From IMG/VR virus record IMGVR_UViG_3300025626_002437: a stretch of DNA of 54,985 nt; one strand, given 5' to 3'. Of the stretch, positions 1-10,113 are shown in pieces (position 1 is the first letter of the stretch; every line of letters starts with the position of its first letter). Position numbers and translations under genes: made by a program. The stretch comes from an uncultured virus (IMG/VR IMGVR_UViG_3300025626_002437) (taxonomy: Duplodnaviria; Heunggongvirae; Uroviricota; Caudoviricetes). The notes under the pieces were generated by a model. The model worked only from the letters and a program-made list of their open reading frames with translations, was not told the DNA's origin and searched no databases.

Positions 1-281
1 TCAAATGCAAACTTGAATACCCAACCTGCACCTGTTAATGTTGGTGCACCGTAGTCATCTAATCCTGCCGAAACTCCGTCAACTACAATTGGTGTGTTCA
101 TAAGCATTGGTTGTGCTCTCAAACTTATTACCTGTACTAAACTTTCAAAATCTTTTTGTGTATCGTCTGTAAAATCGTCTGTGGCAGTTATGTCTAATGT
201 GGTGAACAATGTAAAAAATTCTACGTCTCCTGTGAGTACTTCACTTGACGTTAATAATCCACCTGATCTTGTTTGTGCCAT
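1..281 (-). CDS. hypothetical (probable virion) protein, 3'-truncated by window edge
   Basis: Not in ORF track. Read manually as MAQTRSGGLLTSSEVLTGDVEFFTLFTTLDITATDDF..., open to position 1. AGGAG RBS and GATAAATA motif (309-316) upstream. Confidence 0.8.
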   Translation of the reverse strand, partial: MAQTRSGGLLTSSEVLTGDVEFFTLFTTLDITATDDFTDDTQKDFESLVQVISLRAQPMLMNTPIVVDGVSAGLDDYGAPTLTGAGWVFKFAF

Positions 282-350
282 ATGTGTCTCCTGTCACTGT
301 TATAAGCATATTTATCATTTTCTCAGTATATTATGACACTATTTCAATAG

Positions 351-380
351 CCAAAAAAAACCCCCTTAAAAAAGGGGGTT
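351..380 (-). terminator. intrinsic terminator
   Basis: AACCCCCT/AGGGGGTT stem followed by a T tract on the minus strand, just downstream of the 404..646 stop. Confidence 0.85.
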
Positions 381-403
381 AAAATTTCTAAATTTTATAG
401 TTA

Positions 404-646
404 TTAACTTGAGAAAGTTGCCACTACTGCTGTTACGTTAGCGAATGCTAATACTTCCGCCGCTGTAAGTGTAGTTTGAACTGCTATGTTAGTTGTTGAA
501 ACGTCAACACCTGCAATTGAACCACCTGCTGAACACTGAGCGATCGCTAAATCTAAATCGTCATATGTTGCTATATGTGTTTGTGAACCTAATCCGTTAC
601 CTTCACCTGCTGTTGCTGAGTTTGCCTCTAATCTTACTAATGCCAT
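404..646 (-). CDS. small Ala/Thr-rich hypothetical protein, likely late/structural
   Basis: 80-aa ORF with AGGAG RBS, its own GATAAATA motif (711-718) and its own terminator. Confidence 0.7.
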   Translation of the reverse strand: MALVRLEANSATAGEGNGLGSQTHIATYDDLDLAIAQCSAGGSIAGVDVSTTNIAVQTTLTAAEVLAFANVTAVVATFSS

Positions 647-767
647 TATTGGTCTCCTAATTCTGTGTAATAGACTATTTTGTTTAACTATTCTATTACT
701 TGGTTACTTTTATTTATCCAAAATAGTAAGATTTTTGGGGTTTTGATTTTGAAATATATTGAGATTT

Positions 768-1355
768 TTACTTTCCAGACAGTAAATCTTTGAATTTATA
801 CCTTAAATTAGCCATTGTATCACTTGGATTTCTCATATAAGATGCTACTGTATTTCTTACTTTTTTAATACCTTTTTTAACACCAAAATTTGGTAGTATT
901 GTATCGTATTCTGCATCGGGATCAAATGCAGGGTTACCATAGTATTTTTGATGTTTTAATTTTCTACCATCGCTACCAGTTCTAACACCATCGCTGTCGC
1001 CGTCTTTAGTGTTTAATCCTCTACGTGATGTACCTTTTAGTGCGTCTGCTCTTGCTTTGCTTCTTAACTCAGCATCACTAGGACCTTCTTTTTTACGAGG
1101 CTCTTCCCTTTTATTAATTTGAGATTGTTGTGACTTGTTTCTTACATCAACATCAGTACTACCAACATTAGGTACATTTTTTAAATCTCCTACCTCTACA
1201 TCTGTTCCAATTGACTGCCCCATATCGCGACCATATGTAGATGTATCAGTACCAACACCCTGTATTCTTCGCTGAGTATGGATATCTCGCATCTGTTTCA
1301 TTGCATCTTTTTGTGCTTTACTGATTTCTTTGATTATTACTTCGTCGATTCTCAT
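768..1355 (-). CDS. hypothetical protein (possible head-internal protein)
   Basis: 195-aa charged ORF with N-terminal MRIDEV motif. CATAAATA lies 5 nt upstream of the ATG. Confidence 0.65.
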   Translation of the reverse strand: MRIDEVIIKEISKAQKDAMKQMRDIHTQRRIQGVGTDTSTYGRDMGQSIGTDVEVGDLKNVPNVGSTDVDVRNKSQQSQINKREEPRKKEGPSDAELRSKARADALKGTSRRGLNTKDGDSDGVRTGSDGRKLKHQKYYGNPAFDPDAEYDTILPNFGVKKGIKKVRNTVASYMRNPSDTMANLRYKFKDLLSGK

Positions 1356-1363
1356 ATTACTAT

Positions 1364-2131
1364 TTATGACCTTTTTCTACTTTGCCAGTATGCGGCAATG
1401 CCTGCCAACCCAGCCGCGGATTTAGGTCCTAACCTTCCGCCTGTTATTCTTGGGCCAAATTCTGCACCAACGTATGCCGATGCACCTGCTACTGCTAAAC
1501 GTTTTAGTGTTGTTTGATCGGTTGCTTTGTCTAATTCTGTGTTAGTTGCATTAACTAATTTATAATTTCTTTCTTTAGCAAATTTATTTAATGTTTTATA
1601 CAGGTCACTTCTTACTGCTTTGGCTCGCATTATGTGTAACATTTTTGTGACTGCTAATTGCTTTTGCCTATATTTTAATCTGCTCCAATCAGATACCAAT
1701 CTTCTGACATTTTGTATGACCATGTCATTAATTTTAAGTTGTCTTTGCAATCTCAAGAAGTAAATTGAATTTGGAATTTGTCCTTTTGCTATGCTGGTCA
1801 TAAACTGATGCATCAGTTGTTCGTTAAATTTATAATCTTTTTTATACTTAGAATTAATTGTGTATGCAATCATGTAATGATCGTTAGCACCTAATCTACT
1901 TGCACGATATTTTCCGTGTCTTACATTTGCATTTGCATATTGTATTGCAAATGGTCTATATTTTTTATCTTGTGCAAACACATACACCAACATGGTTGTT
2001 ACCATTAGTAATTCTGCCATATCATCTTTGGTATATGGCTTGAATCCATCAGTTGTTCTGTATAATCTACTTTCCTGTAGATCGCCTAAAAATTGATATT
2101 GTGCTTGTTTTTGTTCTTTAGGTGTTTCCAT
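1364..2131 (-). CDS. hypothetical phage protein
   Basis: 255-aa ORF coupled (TAATG) to the upstream gene. Confidence 0.7.
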   Translation of the reverse strand: METPKEQKQAQYQFLGDLQESRLYRTTDGFKPYTKDDMAELLMVTTMLVYVFAQDKKYRPFAIQYANANVRHGKYRASRLGANDHYMIAYTINSKYKKDYKFNEQLMHQFMTSIAKGQIPNSIYFLRLQRQLKINDMVIQNVRRLVSDWSRLKYRQKQLAVTKMLHIMRAKAVRSDLYKTLNKFAKERNYKLVNATNTELDKATDQTTLKRLAVAGASAYVGAEFGPRITGGRLGPKSAAGLAGIAAYWQSRKRS

Positions 2132-3399
2132 TATGCGCCTGGTCTCCCTGTGCCAAAGTTTTTAACACTAAAGTCTAATCTGTCGACTAATTTAATTGCG
2201 TTTCCAATATGATCAACAGCAACAAAGCCTTCTTCACCTGTGACATCATAGTCGCCTTCTTGGTTTTGTACAAACGTGTCTATTTGTTTTATGTTTGCTA
2301 ATTTTTTAATTATCATTTCTTTTGCTTTGATTAAATCTAAATACACAACGTATGCTTTTTCTATTTCTTCTTGATTGCTTTCTAAAAATTTAATGCCGTC
2401 TATCATCAATTTTGTTTTTCTTACTTTACCGTCATCGCTTTTTAGTTTTTCAACTGCTGATTTCAGTGTGCCTTTGTACTCTGCAATAAATCTTTGAGCA
2501 AATACTTTTGGATCTTGTTCAAAGCCTACTAATTCTCTAATAATTTTATTTACACTTGCCTTAATTCTTATTCTCAAGTCATCTCCAAATTCATTATTTT
2601 TAAGAAAGTCTAAATCTGTAACTGCTTTTAAGTTTTGATCTGCATTGTTAATGAGTTCGGCCATCTCTCGTGATTCATCTTCAGTGAAAGTTACTTGCCC
2701 TGAGTAGTCTCTTATGATTGCATCTCTGTGCCAAACATCTGGATGACTGCCTAAACTACTTGCATCAAACCCAAACTTTGCTGACATGTCTGCTAATTCG
2801 CCGCCTCCAACATATTCTGTGTGAAACACTATGCCTATTTTAGAACGTAAAATATCTTTTGCAAGATTACTGTTTTTTGGAATTGCATATATAATTGTAT
2901 TTGGTTTAAATACTATAAATTCTTCGCCTTTGATATTTGCATCTGATATGCTGTCGTCTGTGTATAGTAAATCTCCTTGTACAATTTTTCCTTTAAAATT
3001 TAATTTTTGTAAATGCATAAATGCACTAATTAATTTTTCTTGTAAGCCTTCTGCTTCGTGATTTGCTTTGATGTCTTGTATGCTTTTGTTTACTAACGGA
3101 TTTCTTTTGTTGAATACACTTTTAGTACCTACAAAAAATTTACCGTCTGCTGGATCAGTGCCTACAAATACTGCTGGAGCACCGTCCCATTTTGTTGTTA
3201 AGTTGAATTTGGTTTTTGCACTACCCTTCAGCATCTCATGAAAACTGTAAAGATATTGTATTGCTTGTTTACCACCAGGTAACCCGTCATTAAAAATTAA
3301 ATCTTCTAAATGTTCAAGGTGAGTGTTTTTGCTTTCATCTAGTCTGTGATGAATTACACATTCAGTTAAGTACCCTTTAGTAAGATCAACTGCTCTCAT
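2131..3399 (-). CDS. DUF6267-like protein with ligase/nucleotidyltransferase-type motifs
   Basis: KNTHLEHLED, TTKWDGAPA (KxDG), VQGDLLY, EEGFV and IKLVDR motifs, as recalled from T4-like marine phage proteins. Confidence 0.65.
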   Translation of the reverse strand: MRAVDLTKGYLTECVIHHRLDESKNTHLEHLEDLIFNDGLPGGKQAIQYLYSFHEMLKGSAKTKFNLTTKWDGAPAVFVGTDPADGKFFVGTKSVFNKRNPLVNKSIQDIKANHEAEGLQEKLISAFMHLQKLNFKGKIVQGDLLYTDDSISDANIKGEEFIVFKPNTIIYAIPKNSNLAKDILRSKIGIVFHTEYVGGGELADMSAKFGFDASSLGSHPDVWHRDAIIRDYSGQVTFTEDESREMAELINNADQNLKAVTDLDFLKNNEFGDDLRIRIKASVNKIIRELVGFEQDPKVFAQRFIAEYKGTLKSAVEKLKSDDGKVRKTKLMIDGIKFLESNQEEIEKAYVVYLDLIKAKEMIIKKLANIKQIDTFVQNQEGDYDVTGEEGFVAVDHIGNAIKLVDRLDFSVKNFGTGRPGA

Positions 3400-4193
3400 T
3401 AATAACTCGTGTCTATTTTTTCTATTCCTGAATCTGCAGGATCTAGTGTAGTTAATTTTTGCTTTTGTTTGCCTGATAGTTTTTGTGGTACAAGTTTAAC
3501 ACCGTTAATAGAAATAATTTTTTTACTAGGAATACCTGTTGTAGTTGATTGTTTTGGATTTTCTGGATTAAAGAATCCTTTTATTTGTACATCTGGTACT
3601 CCGTCGCCGTCTGAATCTGCTGTAAATTGTATAAATTCACCAGTTCTTAATACATTATCACTAGTGGTCCATTGTATTTTGTCACCGGGTTTTGGAGGTT
3701 GGACGCCATACACTTGTTCCCATGTAGTGCCCTGTTGTTTATTAGTTCTTTTATTTTTAATAATATTGTCTAGTTTACCACCTGCTCTGGCTCCGAGTGT
3801 TGCCATTCCTTTTACAAACCAGTTATCATCTTTATATCTAGCGGCAACTCCTGCTCCCGCTTTGGCTTGATTAGTAGGATCCCACCATGCTTTAACATCA
3901 TCCCATCTTTTTAAGTTTAATAGATTTTTTATTCTTGCTGATGTATTTTTTTGAAACGCTCTTCTAGTAAAAGAAGGATCTGCCGGGATAAAATCTTGTG
4001 CCCTGTCATCGTATACATAGAATATATTTTGTGCATTATCTATATATCCTTTATACTCGTAACCATCAACTTCAAATTCTACATGAGAATATTTAGGATC
4101 ACTAACAATGCTTTTCCATTTTTTAGCAGGTGCTTTTTTTTGATAGTCTGATAAACTATCATCTTCGCGTAATATGACTTCGTTAATCTTCAT
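3399..4193 (-). CDS. hypothetical protein (possible head-internal protein)
   Basis: Track ORF is 3399..4238. More plausible start is the ATG at 4193 (MKINEVILRE), overlapping the end of the upstream gene. Confidence 0.65.
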   Translation of the reverse strand: MKINEVILREDDSLSDYQKKAPAKKWKSIVSDPKYSHVEFEVDGYEYKGYIDNAQNIFYVYDDRAQDFIPADPSFTRRAFQKNTSARIKNLLNLKRWDDVKAWWDPTNQAKAGAGVAARYKDDNWFVKGMATLGARAGGKLDNIIKNKRTNKQQGTTWEQVYGVQPPKPGDKIQWTTSDNVLRTGEFIQFTADSDGDGVPDVQIKGFFNPENPKQSTTTGIPSKKIISINGVKLVPQKLSGKQKQKLTTLDPADSGIEKIDTSY

Positions 4194-4449
4194 TTGTATT
4201 AGACCTTGATTCTTTGATAATCTGTACACCCTTAACAAATCTTTCAGGCCTATTGCCTTTAATTGAATTAATTAAACGTCTTTGCAAGTCTAATGCTTCA
4301 TTTTCATCAAAATTTTCTTGAATTAATTCAATTAAATTTAAGGCACTTTTAATAATATGGTTGCCTCTAGACTCAATTACATTGAGTTTGTCTCTTTCTG
4401 AAACAATTGAATTTAATTCGTCTAGAATTGATCTGTGATTTAAGGACAT
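4183..4449 (-). CDS. hypothetical protein
   Basis: 88 aa, GGAG RBS, GATAAATA at 4468-4475. Confidence 0.7.
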   Translation of the reverse strand: MSLNHRSILDELNSIVSERDKLNVIESRGNHIIKSALNLIELIQENFDENEALDLQRRLINSIKGNRPERFVKGVQIIKESRSNTNED

Positions 4450-4479
4450 CTTATCTCCGTTTAAGCATATTTATCTATT

Positions 4480-5865
4480 TTACTTCTTCTTGAGGAGATT
4501 CCTAAGTGCCAAACCTTGTTGTACTATGTCAACATTGTCCTCTGTTGCATCTTCATCGCTTCTTATTACTGAAGATCTTTTCATAGCATCTGTCATTGTT
4601 ATCGTATTAATAGTATCGTAAGTATCTTCGTCCTCATCTAAGTCTTCAATTCTCAGTGTTTCTGGGTTGAATTTTAAGTCTACTTTACTGCCAACACCAC
4701 TACTAGAACGTGTTTTCATAAACTGTATTTGATATCTACCACGTTCTCGCATGGCGTTACTTGTAAATATGCCTATAACATTGTCTGCTGTTTGTATTTT
4801 ACTAATACCACCTGCAATATGACTGTGATCAAACTCTATTTCTTCTACTGCACCTCTGTTTAACTGTGATGCTGTTACTAATAGTATGTTTAATTCTACT
4901 GCTAAGTTACGCAACTCCTCTGATACATACTTGTCTTTAATAAACAAGTCACTTGCTGATACTTTTCCACTTATTGGCATCATTAAATCAAGATAGTCAA
5001 CTAATAAACAGTCTACTTTTACACCTGTCTGTATTTCATACTCTCTCAAAAACGATCTAATATCACTAGCATTAATACCATTGCTCATCTGTTTTATGCG
5101 GAATTTACCTGCACCTTTGCCTTTCATTACTACTTTTAGATGGACATCGTCCATATTTTTCATAACATCTCTGGTTGCATACTCACTAACCATAGCATCA
5201 ATACGCATACTTGACAGTTGCTCACTTAACTCTAAACTCAAATATACTGTGTTAAGTCCTGCTTGACTCCAGTTTACACCTAAGTTTTGTAGGAACAAAC
5301 TTTTACCAGCACCTGATCCTCCGGCAAATACAGTTAATTCACCTCTATTCAGTCCACCATATAGTTTTTGATCAAAGTTTTTCCAACCTGTACTAATTGC
5401 ACCTGCTTGATCTTTGATCCATTGTAACCTTTCTTTGGGATTTTCATAATAATCTAAACCAAAGTCACTTACTAGGCCAACACTGGTTGCTTCTTTAATA
5501 AGTGCTTCTACACTTCCATAGTCTTTATTTTCTAATAAGTCTGTGCTGTCTAGTATTGCTTTTTCTAATGCCTTATGTCTGCAGAATGTTTCGAACTCAT
5601 CCATAAACCAACTCATATGACTGTCATGTGCGTCTTCAACCGGTTTTAAATTAATGCCGTTTACTGCTTCTAACTGTTCTAGTGTTGGAATACTGTTATA
5701 ATTGTTAGCATGTTCTTTTAAAAACTCTACTGCTTCTCTATATTTTCTATTAAACATATAAGGTTGAACAATATTGTTTACCCTTACAAATACATCAGGA
5801 TCTGTAACTAAAAATCTTAGAAACAATTCTTGTATATCTTCACCGTATTCTTTTATATCACTCAT
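4480..5865 (-). CDS. 41: DnaB-like replicative helicase (T4 gp41-like)
   Basis: Walker A GGSGAGKS, SLELS, VDYLDLM, TASQLNR, and gp41-type N-terminus. Confidence 0.93.
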   Translation of the reverse strand: MSDIKEYGEDIQELFLRFLVTDPDVFVRVNNIVQPYMFNRKYREAVEFLKEHANNYNSIPTLEQLEAVNGINLKPVEDAHDSHMSWFMDEFETFCRHKALEKAILDSTDLLENKDYGSVEALIKEATSVGLVSDFGLDYYENPKERLQWIKDQAGAISTGWKNFDQKLYGGLNRGELTVFAGGSGAGKSLFLQNLGVNWSQAGLNTVYLSLELSEQLSSMRIDAMVSEYATRDVMKNMDDVHLKVVMKGKGAGKFRIKQMSNGINASDIRSFLREYEIQTGVKVDCLLVDYLDLMMPISGKVSASDLFIKDKYVSEELRNLAVELNILLVTASQLNRGAVEEIEFDHSHIAGGISKIQTADNVIGIFTSNAMRERGRYQIQFMKTRSSSGVGSKVDLKFNPETLRIEDLDEDEDTYDTINTITMTDAMKRSSVIRSDEDATEDNVDIVQQGLALRNLLKKK

Positions 5866-6851
5866 AACATTTTGCTCTGTACTTCAATTTTAATTTTATT
5901 TGCTACAGCATACTTAATTATACTAGATAATGTTAATAGTCTGCCATATTTGAGCACCGCATCACCTACATCTTTTATATCTGTGTGCCAAGGTGGGAAA
6001 CTTACTTCCCACCCTAGTTCAGCGGCCTGCCTTATCAAGTCCTTGCCTGGTGCATCTCTGTCAGGGCAAAGGATTACTCTTTTATTTAATGAATTTATCT
6101 GCTGTATCTGTCTTTCGTTTATGGTATTACCCAACACACTAACGCCATCTATTAGAATAGCATCAATTACACCTTCTGTTACTACCACTATATCTCTATC
6201 TGAGTATATGTACTTGTCTATGTTAAACACATACCCTGCTTGACTGTTGTTGATATACTTAGGCGTTTCCTTTGTAGGTGGATTTATGTGCCTTCCTACA
6301 TAGCCTACTATTTCTTGGTTATAGTAAAACGGTATTATCAGTCTATTCTTTAACATAAAGTCGTCACAAATAAACAAATCATAATCTGTTTCTAACAGTT
6401 TTCTTTCTTCTGCATACAACATTATTTTTTCATGTGCTTCGTTATATGGAAGTTTAGGAATATCTCTAACATTTATAACACTTGGCAATTCTACAGGTTT
6501 AAATTTTTCATAATTTATTACAATATCGTCAACTTCGTTATCAAACTCTTCTATCTTCATTAGTTCTAGAACAAGTTTCTTGACACTTTCGTTAGTTGCG
6601 CCTAACTTTACTGCAAGGTCTTTGTATTTTTTACCAATTTTTTTACTTGGCGACCATCCAGTTGAAAAGCCACAATTAAAACAGTTGTATGCAATTTTAG
6701 GACCTGTAGCAATAATACCTGCTCTGCCTCTTTTATCATTGCACATAGGACAACTAAAAGTTACCCAGCCGGCTGGTGTCTTTTTGTGTTTGTGAGGCAA
6801 GTGAGATGTTAGTAACTCGTGTACCTGTTGTATTGCGTCAGAGTGCTCCAT
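5862..6851 (-). CDS. 61: DNA primase (T4 gp61-like)
   Basis: Zn finger CPMC...CFNC, TOPRIM motifs TEGVIDA and DRDAPG, adjacent to helicase. Confidence 0.92.
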   Translation of the reverse strand: MEHSDAIQQVHELLTSHLPHKHKKTPAGWVTFSCPMCNDKRGRAGIIATGPKIAYNCFNCGFSTGWSPSKKIGKKYKDLAVKLGATNESVKKLVLELMKIEEFDNEVDDIVINYEKFKPVELPSVINVRDIPKLPYNEAHEKIMLYAEERKLLETDYDLFICDDFMLKNRLIIPFYYNQEIVGYVGRHINPPTKETPKYINNSQAGYVFNIDKYIYSDRDIVVVTEGVIDAILIDGVSVLGNTINERQIQQINSLNKRVILCPDRDAPGKDLIRQAAELGWEVSFPPWHTDIKDVGDAVLKYGRLLTLSSIIKYAVANKIKIEVQSKML

Positions 6852-6858
6852 TGCTGTT

Positions 6859-6887
6859 ATTATACTGGATTATATATATGAAGTCAA
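6859..6887 (-). promoter_or_regulatory. sigma70-type promoter of primase-helicase
   Basis: TTGACT-N17-TATAAT, 7 nt before the ATG at 6851. Confidence 0.8.
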
Positions 6888-7400
6888 GTCAAAATTTATC
6901 AGTTTTATGTCTTCATCATATTTTTCTAATACACGATCTTTTGATTTATTTGTATATGCATTTATATCGTCTAGATCATCTGCTGGTACATGATAATCTA
7001 ATATGTAATTAGCATCAATATCAAATACCTTTTTTAAAAAAATGTTTATATCTTCGAGATGTATAAATTTGTCTATTAATTTAATTTTTTCTTGATAAGT
7101 GCCTACAAAAGAAGGTTCATGATAAAACAGATCACTGTGTACATACTCATCAAAATCTATCTTTTCGTATAAATCTTTTTCAATTATTTTTTTCCAACGA
7201 AATATGCTTCTTTCTCTAATAAACGGATTTCTGACAAACATGATATTTTGTAAATTTTTATCGTATTGTGAATCATCAAAAAAATGATTTGGTGCAATAT
7301 AATCTAATAAGTCATTTTGAAAAAATTTCTGTGCTATCCACCTAGTTCCGCATCGGGTAGGAAACACACAGGCGTGAATGCCGTTGTTTAATTTGTGCAT
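6870..7400 (-). CDS. sulfotransferase family 2-like protein
   Basis: PTRCGTRW (5'-PSB-like), FVRNPFIRERS (3'-PB-like), FIHLED and YDEDIKL motifs. Confidence 0.65.
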   Translation of the reverse strand: MHKLNNGIHACVFPTRCGTRWIAQKFFQNDLLDYIAPNHFFDDSQYDKNLQNIMFVRNPFIRERSIFRWKKIIEKDLYEKIDFDEYVHSDLFYHEPSFVGTYQEKIKLIDKFIHLEDINIFLKKVFDIDANYILDYHVPADDLDDINAYTNKSKDRVLEKYDEDIKLINFDLTSYI

Positions 7401-7408
7401 ATTATTAT

Positions 7409-8227
7409 TTAATTTCTTAAAAGAATTTTATCGAATGATCCTGAATTAGATGGACCAGGAGAATATTTAAATCTTAAGTAATTGAAGTTGCCTGTGAAAC
7501 TGTAATAAGTTACACCAGACACATTTGCCATTGGTATTCTTTCTAAATTGTTTACTACAGGTACACTTGCCCAATTTGAATCATCGCTTGAAGGTGCTTG
7601 TAGACCTAAACTGGCTTCAACATAAACGTTACCTGTAAATGTTGTTGAGTATAATCCTATTGTGTGAGTAGCATCTCTAAAGTTTTTATGCTGATTACCA
7701 GTAAAGGAACCACTTGTAAATACGTTTGCAGGATCACCGTTGTGAGTATTTTTTGTTTGATTCCAGACGTTTGCAATCTGTGTTGCAACTGGCGAAGGAT
7801 TTGCATCGTTTTTAACTATTAATGTACAAAGTATTCCGTTGTTGTAATCAGAATAAATAGGTGTTTTGGTTCCGTCTTCGGCTACATTCTTGAATGAAAC
7901 TTTGTATTGGCCTTCCACCAAAGAATTCATATCTTCTTCAGATAGTTTAAGTTCTGCTGTGCCTTTATTAAGTCCAGGTACTGCATAACGTGTTAAAACT
8001 TTTTCATTAGTTGAGTACTTAATAATATCTGCTTGTATATCATTATTGTACACATTTTGTTTTTTTCTATCTTGATTTGTGATATTGATGTACACAATAT
8101 TGTCCATGCCTTTGTGTACTATAAATTCTTTTCTGTTCATACTTCTGTTATCCACATAATAATTCTCCTGTTTTCTTACAAGATTTATTGTATTTGATTG
8201 ATACATTAATAGTGTTAAATTGCTCAT
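7409..8227 (-). CDS. hypothetical protein, probable virion beta-rich protein
   Basis: 272-aa ORF, AAGGA RBS, GATAAATA at 8249-8256. Confidence 0.6.
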   Translation of the reverse strand: MSNLTLLMYQSNTINLVRKQENYYVDNRSMNRKEFIVHKGMDNIVYINITNQDRKKQNVYNNDIQADIIKYSTNEKVLTRYAVPGLNKGTAELKLSEEDMNSLVEGQYKVSFKNVAEDGTKTPIYSDYNNGILCTLIVKNDANPSPVATQIANVWNQTKNTHNGDPANVFTSGSFTGNQHKNFRDATHTIGLYSTTFTGNVYVEASLGLQAPSSDDSNWASVPVVNNLERIPMANVSGVTYYSFTGNFNYLRFKYSPGPSNSGSFDKILLRN

Positions 8228-8248
8228 ACATGTTCATTCCTTATAATG

Positions 8249-8272
8249 TATTTATCTACAAAGGTATAAATA
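8249..8272. promoter_or_regulatory. divergent pair of T4-type late promoters
   Basis: GATAAATA on the minus strand (8249-8256) and perfect TATAAATA on the plus strand (8265-8272), between divergent genes. Confidence 0.75.
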
Positions 8273-8277
8273 AAAAT

Positions 8278-8649
8278 ATGCAGGACCAACAGGAAATACA
8301 AGAAAAGTTTCCTTTCTTTACTATGCTTACTTATGGTGAGAAAGAATACTTTGGTATAATTCAAAACCAAGATAATGCAGTTACATCATTTTATGATTAT
8401 AATGTGCTAGTAGCACCTGAAGATAAAAAACAATTTGTAGAACTTGCCGAAATATGGTGGTGGGAAAGTAATCGACAAATTCCAATTGACGTGTTTTTAT
8501 TTAATGAAATGAGAGAATTTAGGAATTGTTTAAAAACATTCAATAACAAAGATATAGATGTTATATTTGGTCCAGTGACCAGTACACATAATCTAGTTAA
8601 GAAACGAATTAAAAGAAGAACAATTCAATTAGTCAAGAAGACTGACTAA
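8278..8649 (+). CDS. conserved hypothetical phage protein
   Basis: Track ORF is 8188..8649. Likely start is ATG 8278 (MQDQQEIQEKFPFF), 5 nt after TATAAATA. Confidence 0.7.
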   Translation: MQDQQEIQEKFPFFTMLTYGEKEYFGIIQNQDNAVTSFYDYNVLVAPEDKKQFVELAEIWWWESNRQIPIDVFLFNEMREFRNCLKTFNNKDIDVIFGPVTSTHNLVKKRIKRRTIQLVKKTD

Positions 8650-9204
8650 TTTATTTAATTGAACAATTATAGCCATTGCGTAACTATATGCGTGAGACTT
8701 CTTAAAGGAGTACGTTTCATTGTCACTTTTAATCCACACTTCCTTCTCAATGTCACTCCAACTTTTACCTACTAAGTATCTCTTACCGGGTCTTATCATT
8801 GCAAGTATCATTGCTAGTTGATCTATGTTTGTGGGTCTGTGTTGACTAACAATGTCATAATGATTGCTTATGTGGAATAATTGTTCTACTATCTCCTTGG
8901 CGCCAAATAATTCCCAAACAGGTTCTTGATTACACAACCTATCTAACTCTTGTTCTGACTCTATATTGTTGTAAACACTATTGTTAAGTATATCTAGTTT
9001 GAAATATCCTAAATCGTCTGCTTCCTTATGATCAATATTACTTAACCCAGTCACTGGATCATGGGGTATAGGCTGTATATAAACGCCTGTGTTGTGTTTT
9101 TCCATGCCACCAGGACGTTTGATACTGCCCGTGATATTATCTAACACACAAAGCAGTTTATCGCGGTTAGCCATATCAATATCTACATCAAAATCAATCT
9201 TCAC
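8629..9204 (-). CDS. miniature DNA polymerase III alpha (DnaE/family C)-like protein
   Basis: DFDVDID, KHNTGVY, FKLDILN, AMIRPG and FKKSHAYSYA motifs in only 191 aa. Confidence 0.8.
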   Translation of the reverse strand: MKIDFDVDIDMANRDKLLCVLDNITGSIKRPGGMEKHNTGVYIQPIPHDPVTGLSNIDHKEADDLGYFKLDILNNSVYNNIESEQELDRLCNQEPVWELFGAKEIVEQLFHISNHYDIVSQHRPTNIDQLAMILAMIRPGKRYLVGKSWSDIEKEVWIKSDNETYSFKKSHAYSYAMAIIVQLNKLVSLLD

Positions 9205-9445
9205 TAAACAATAAACTCCACTTCATTAGTTTTTCTTTTTTAACTGCCATACGTTTTTGTATTTGTTCATCTGTAACAAGACCGCCATCTTTAAGTATTT
9301 CTATCATACACATAACATCGCCAATTTCATCTTGTAACTGTGTTGTATCACATGGTTCATCGAACCTTATCATTTTGCTACATGCCTGAATAAGTTCTCC
9401 ACATTCTTCCATTGTGATTACTAACATTTCTTCTTTCTTTTTCAT
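9194..9445 (-). CDS. MazG-like NTP pyrophosphohydrolase
   Basis: EECGEL...DEIGDV acidic helical motifs. Confidence 0.75.
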   Translation of the reverse strand: MKKKEEMLVITMEECGELIQACSKMIRFDEPCDTTQLQDEIGDVMCMIEILKDGGLVTDEQIQKRMAVKKEKLMKWSLLFSED

Positions 9446-10113
9446 ATTTCTTTATCCTTAAATTCTTCTGCAAGTGGAAATATGTTTGCTATAACATCTG
9501 CTACTGCATGAGCAATATCAATATGTTCTTTTTGTGTACCATTAGCACCACGTAATTCAATGTAATGAATCCAACTACGCAACGTACCATTTACATACAA
9601 CCTGCTTAACGTGTTTCCTTCAGGCAGTACTGCTCTGGCCTGCTCTTTGGCAATACCGTTGCTTATAGCCCACGTGTATGCGTCTGTGGCGGCTTTAATT
9701 ACCTCTCTTTGGCGTTTATGCCACTCTATTTCTAAACCATCATTGTCTGCTTCTATGCTGTTCTGCCTGTTCTTAGGATCTTGCAGTCTTGCTTGTCTAG
9801 TTTCAAAACTTAAATCCTGTGTAGGGTCAGCATAACGTTGACTGAACTCTTGGAAACTAAAACTTCTATGCCTTAGTATTTGACGTGCAATGTCTCTGGT
9901 TGTTTCTATTTCCAAACATGCTGATACCATTTCAAGTGGTGACCAATGTTTGTGTTTCATCAAATACTTCACAAGTTTTTCATTTGTTTCTATATTATTT
10001 TGATTGTTTGGGTTACTTACCCTGGCGCAATAGGCTATTAAGTCTAATGCTGAATGTTTGTGCAAAGCATCATTATATGGTGCTTGGCTGTGACTTACTA
10101 TTTTTACGTTCAT
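9442..10113 (-). CDS. thyX: flavin-dependent thymidylate synthase
   Basis: HWSPLE, RQILRHRSFSFQEFSQRY, ARAVLP, TQKEH. Confidence 0.96.
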   Translation of the reverse strand: MNVKIVSHSQAPYNDALHKHSALDLIAYCARVSNPNNQNNIETNEKLVKYLMKHKHWSPLEMVSACLEIETTRDIARQILRHRSFSFQEFSQRYADPTQDLSFETRQARLQDPKNRQNSIEADNDGLEIEWHKRQREVIKAATDAYTWAISNGIAKEQARAVLPEGNTLSRLYVNGTLRSWIHYIELRGANGTQKEHIDIAHAVADVIANIFPLAEEFKDKEI

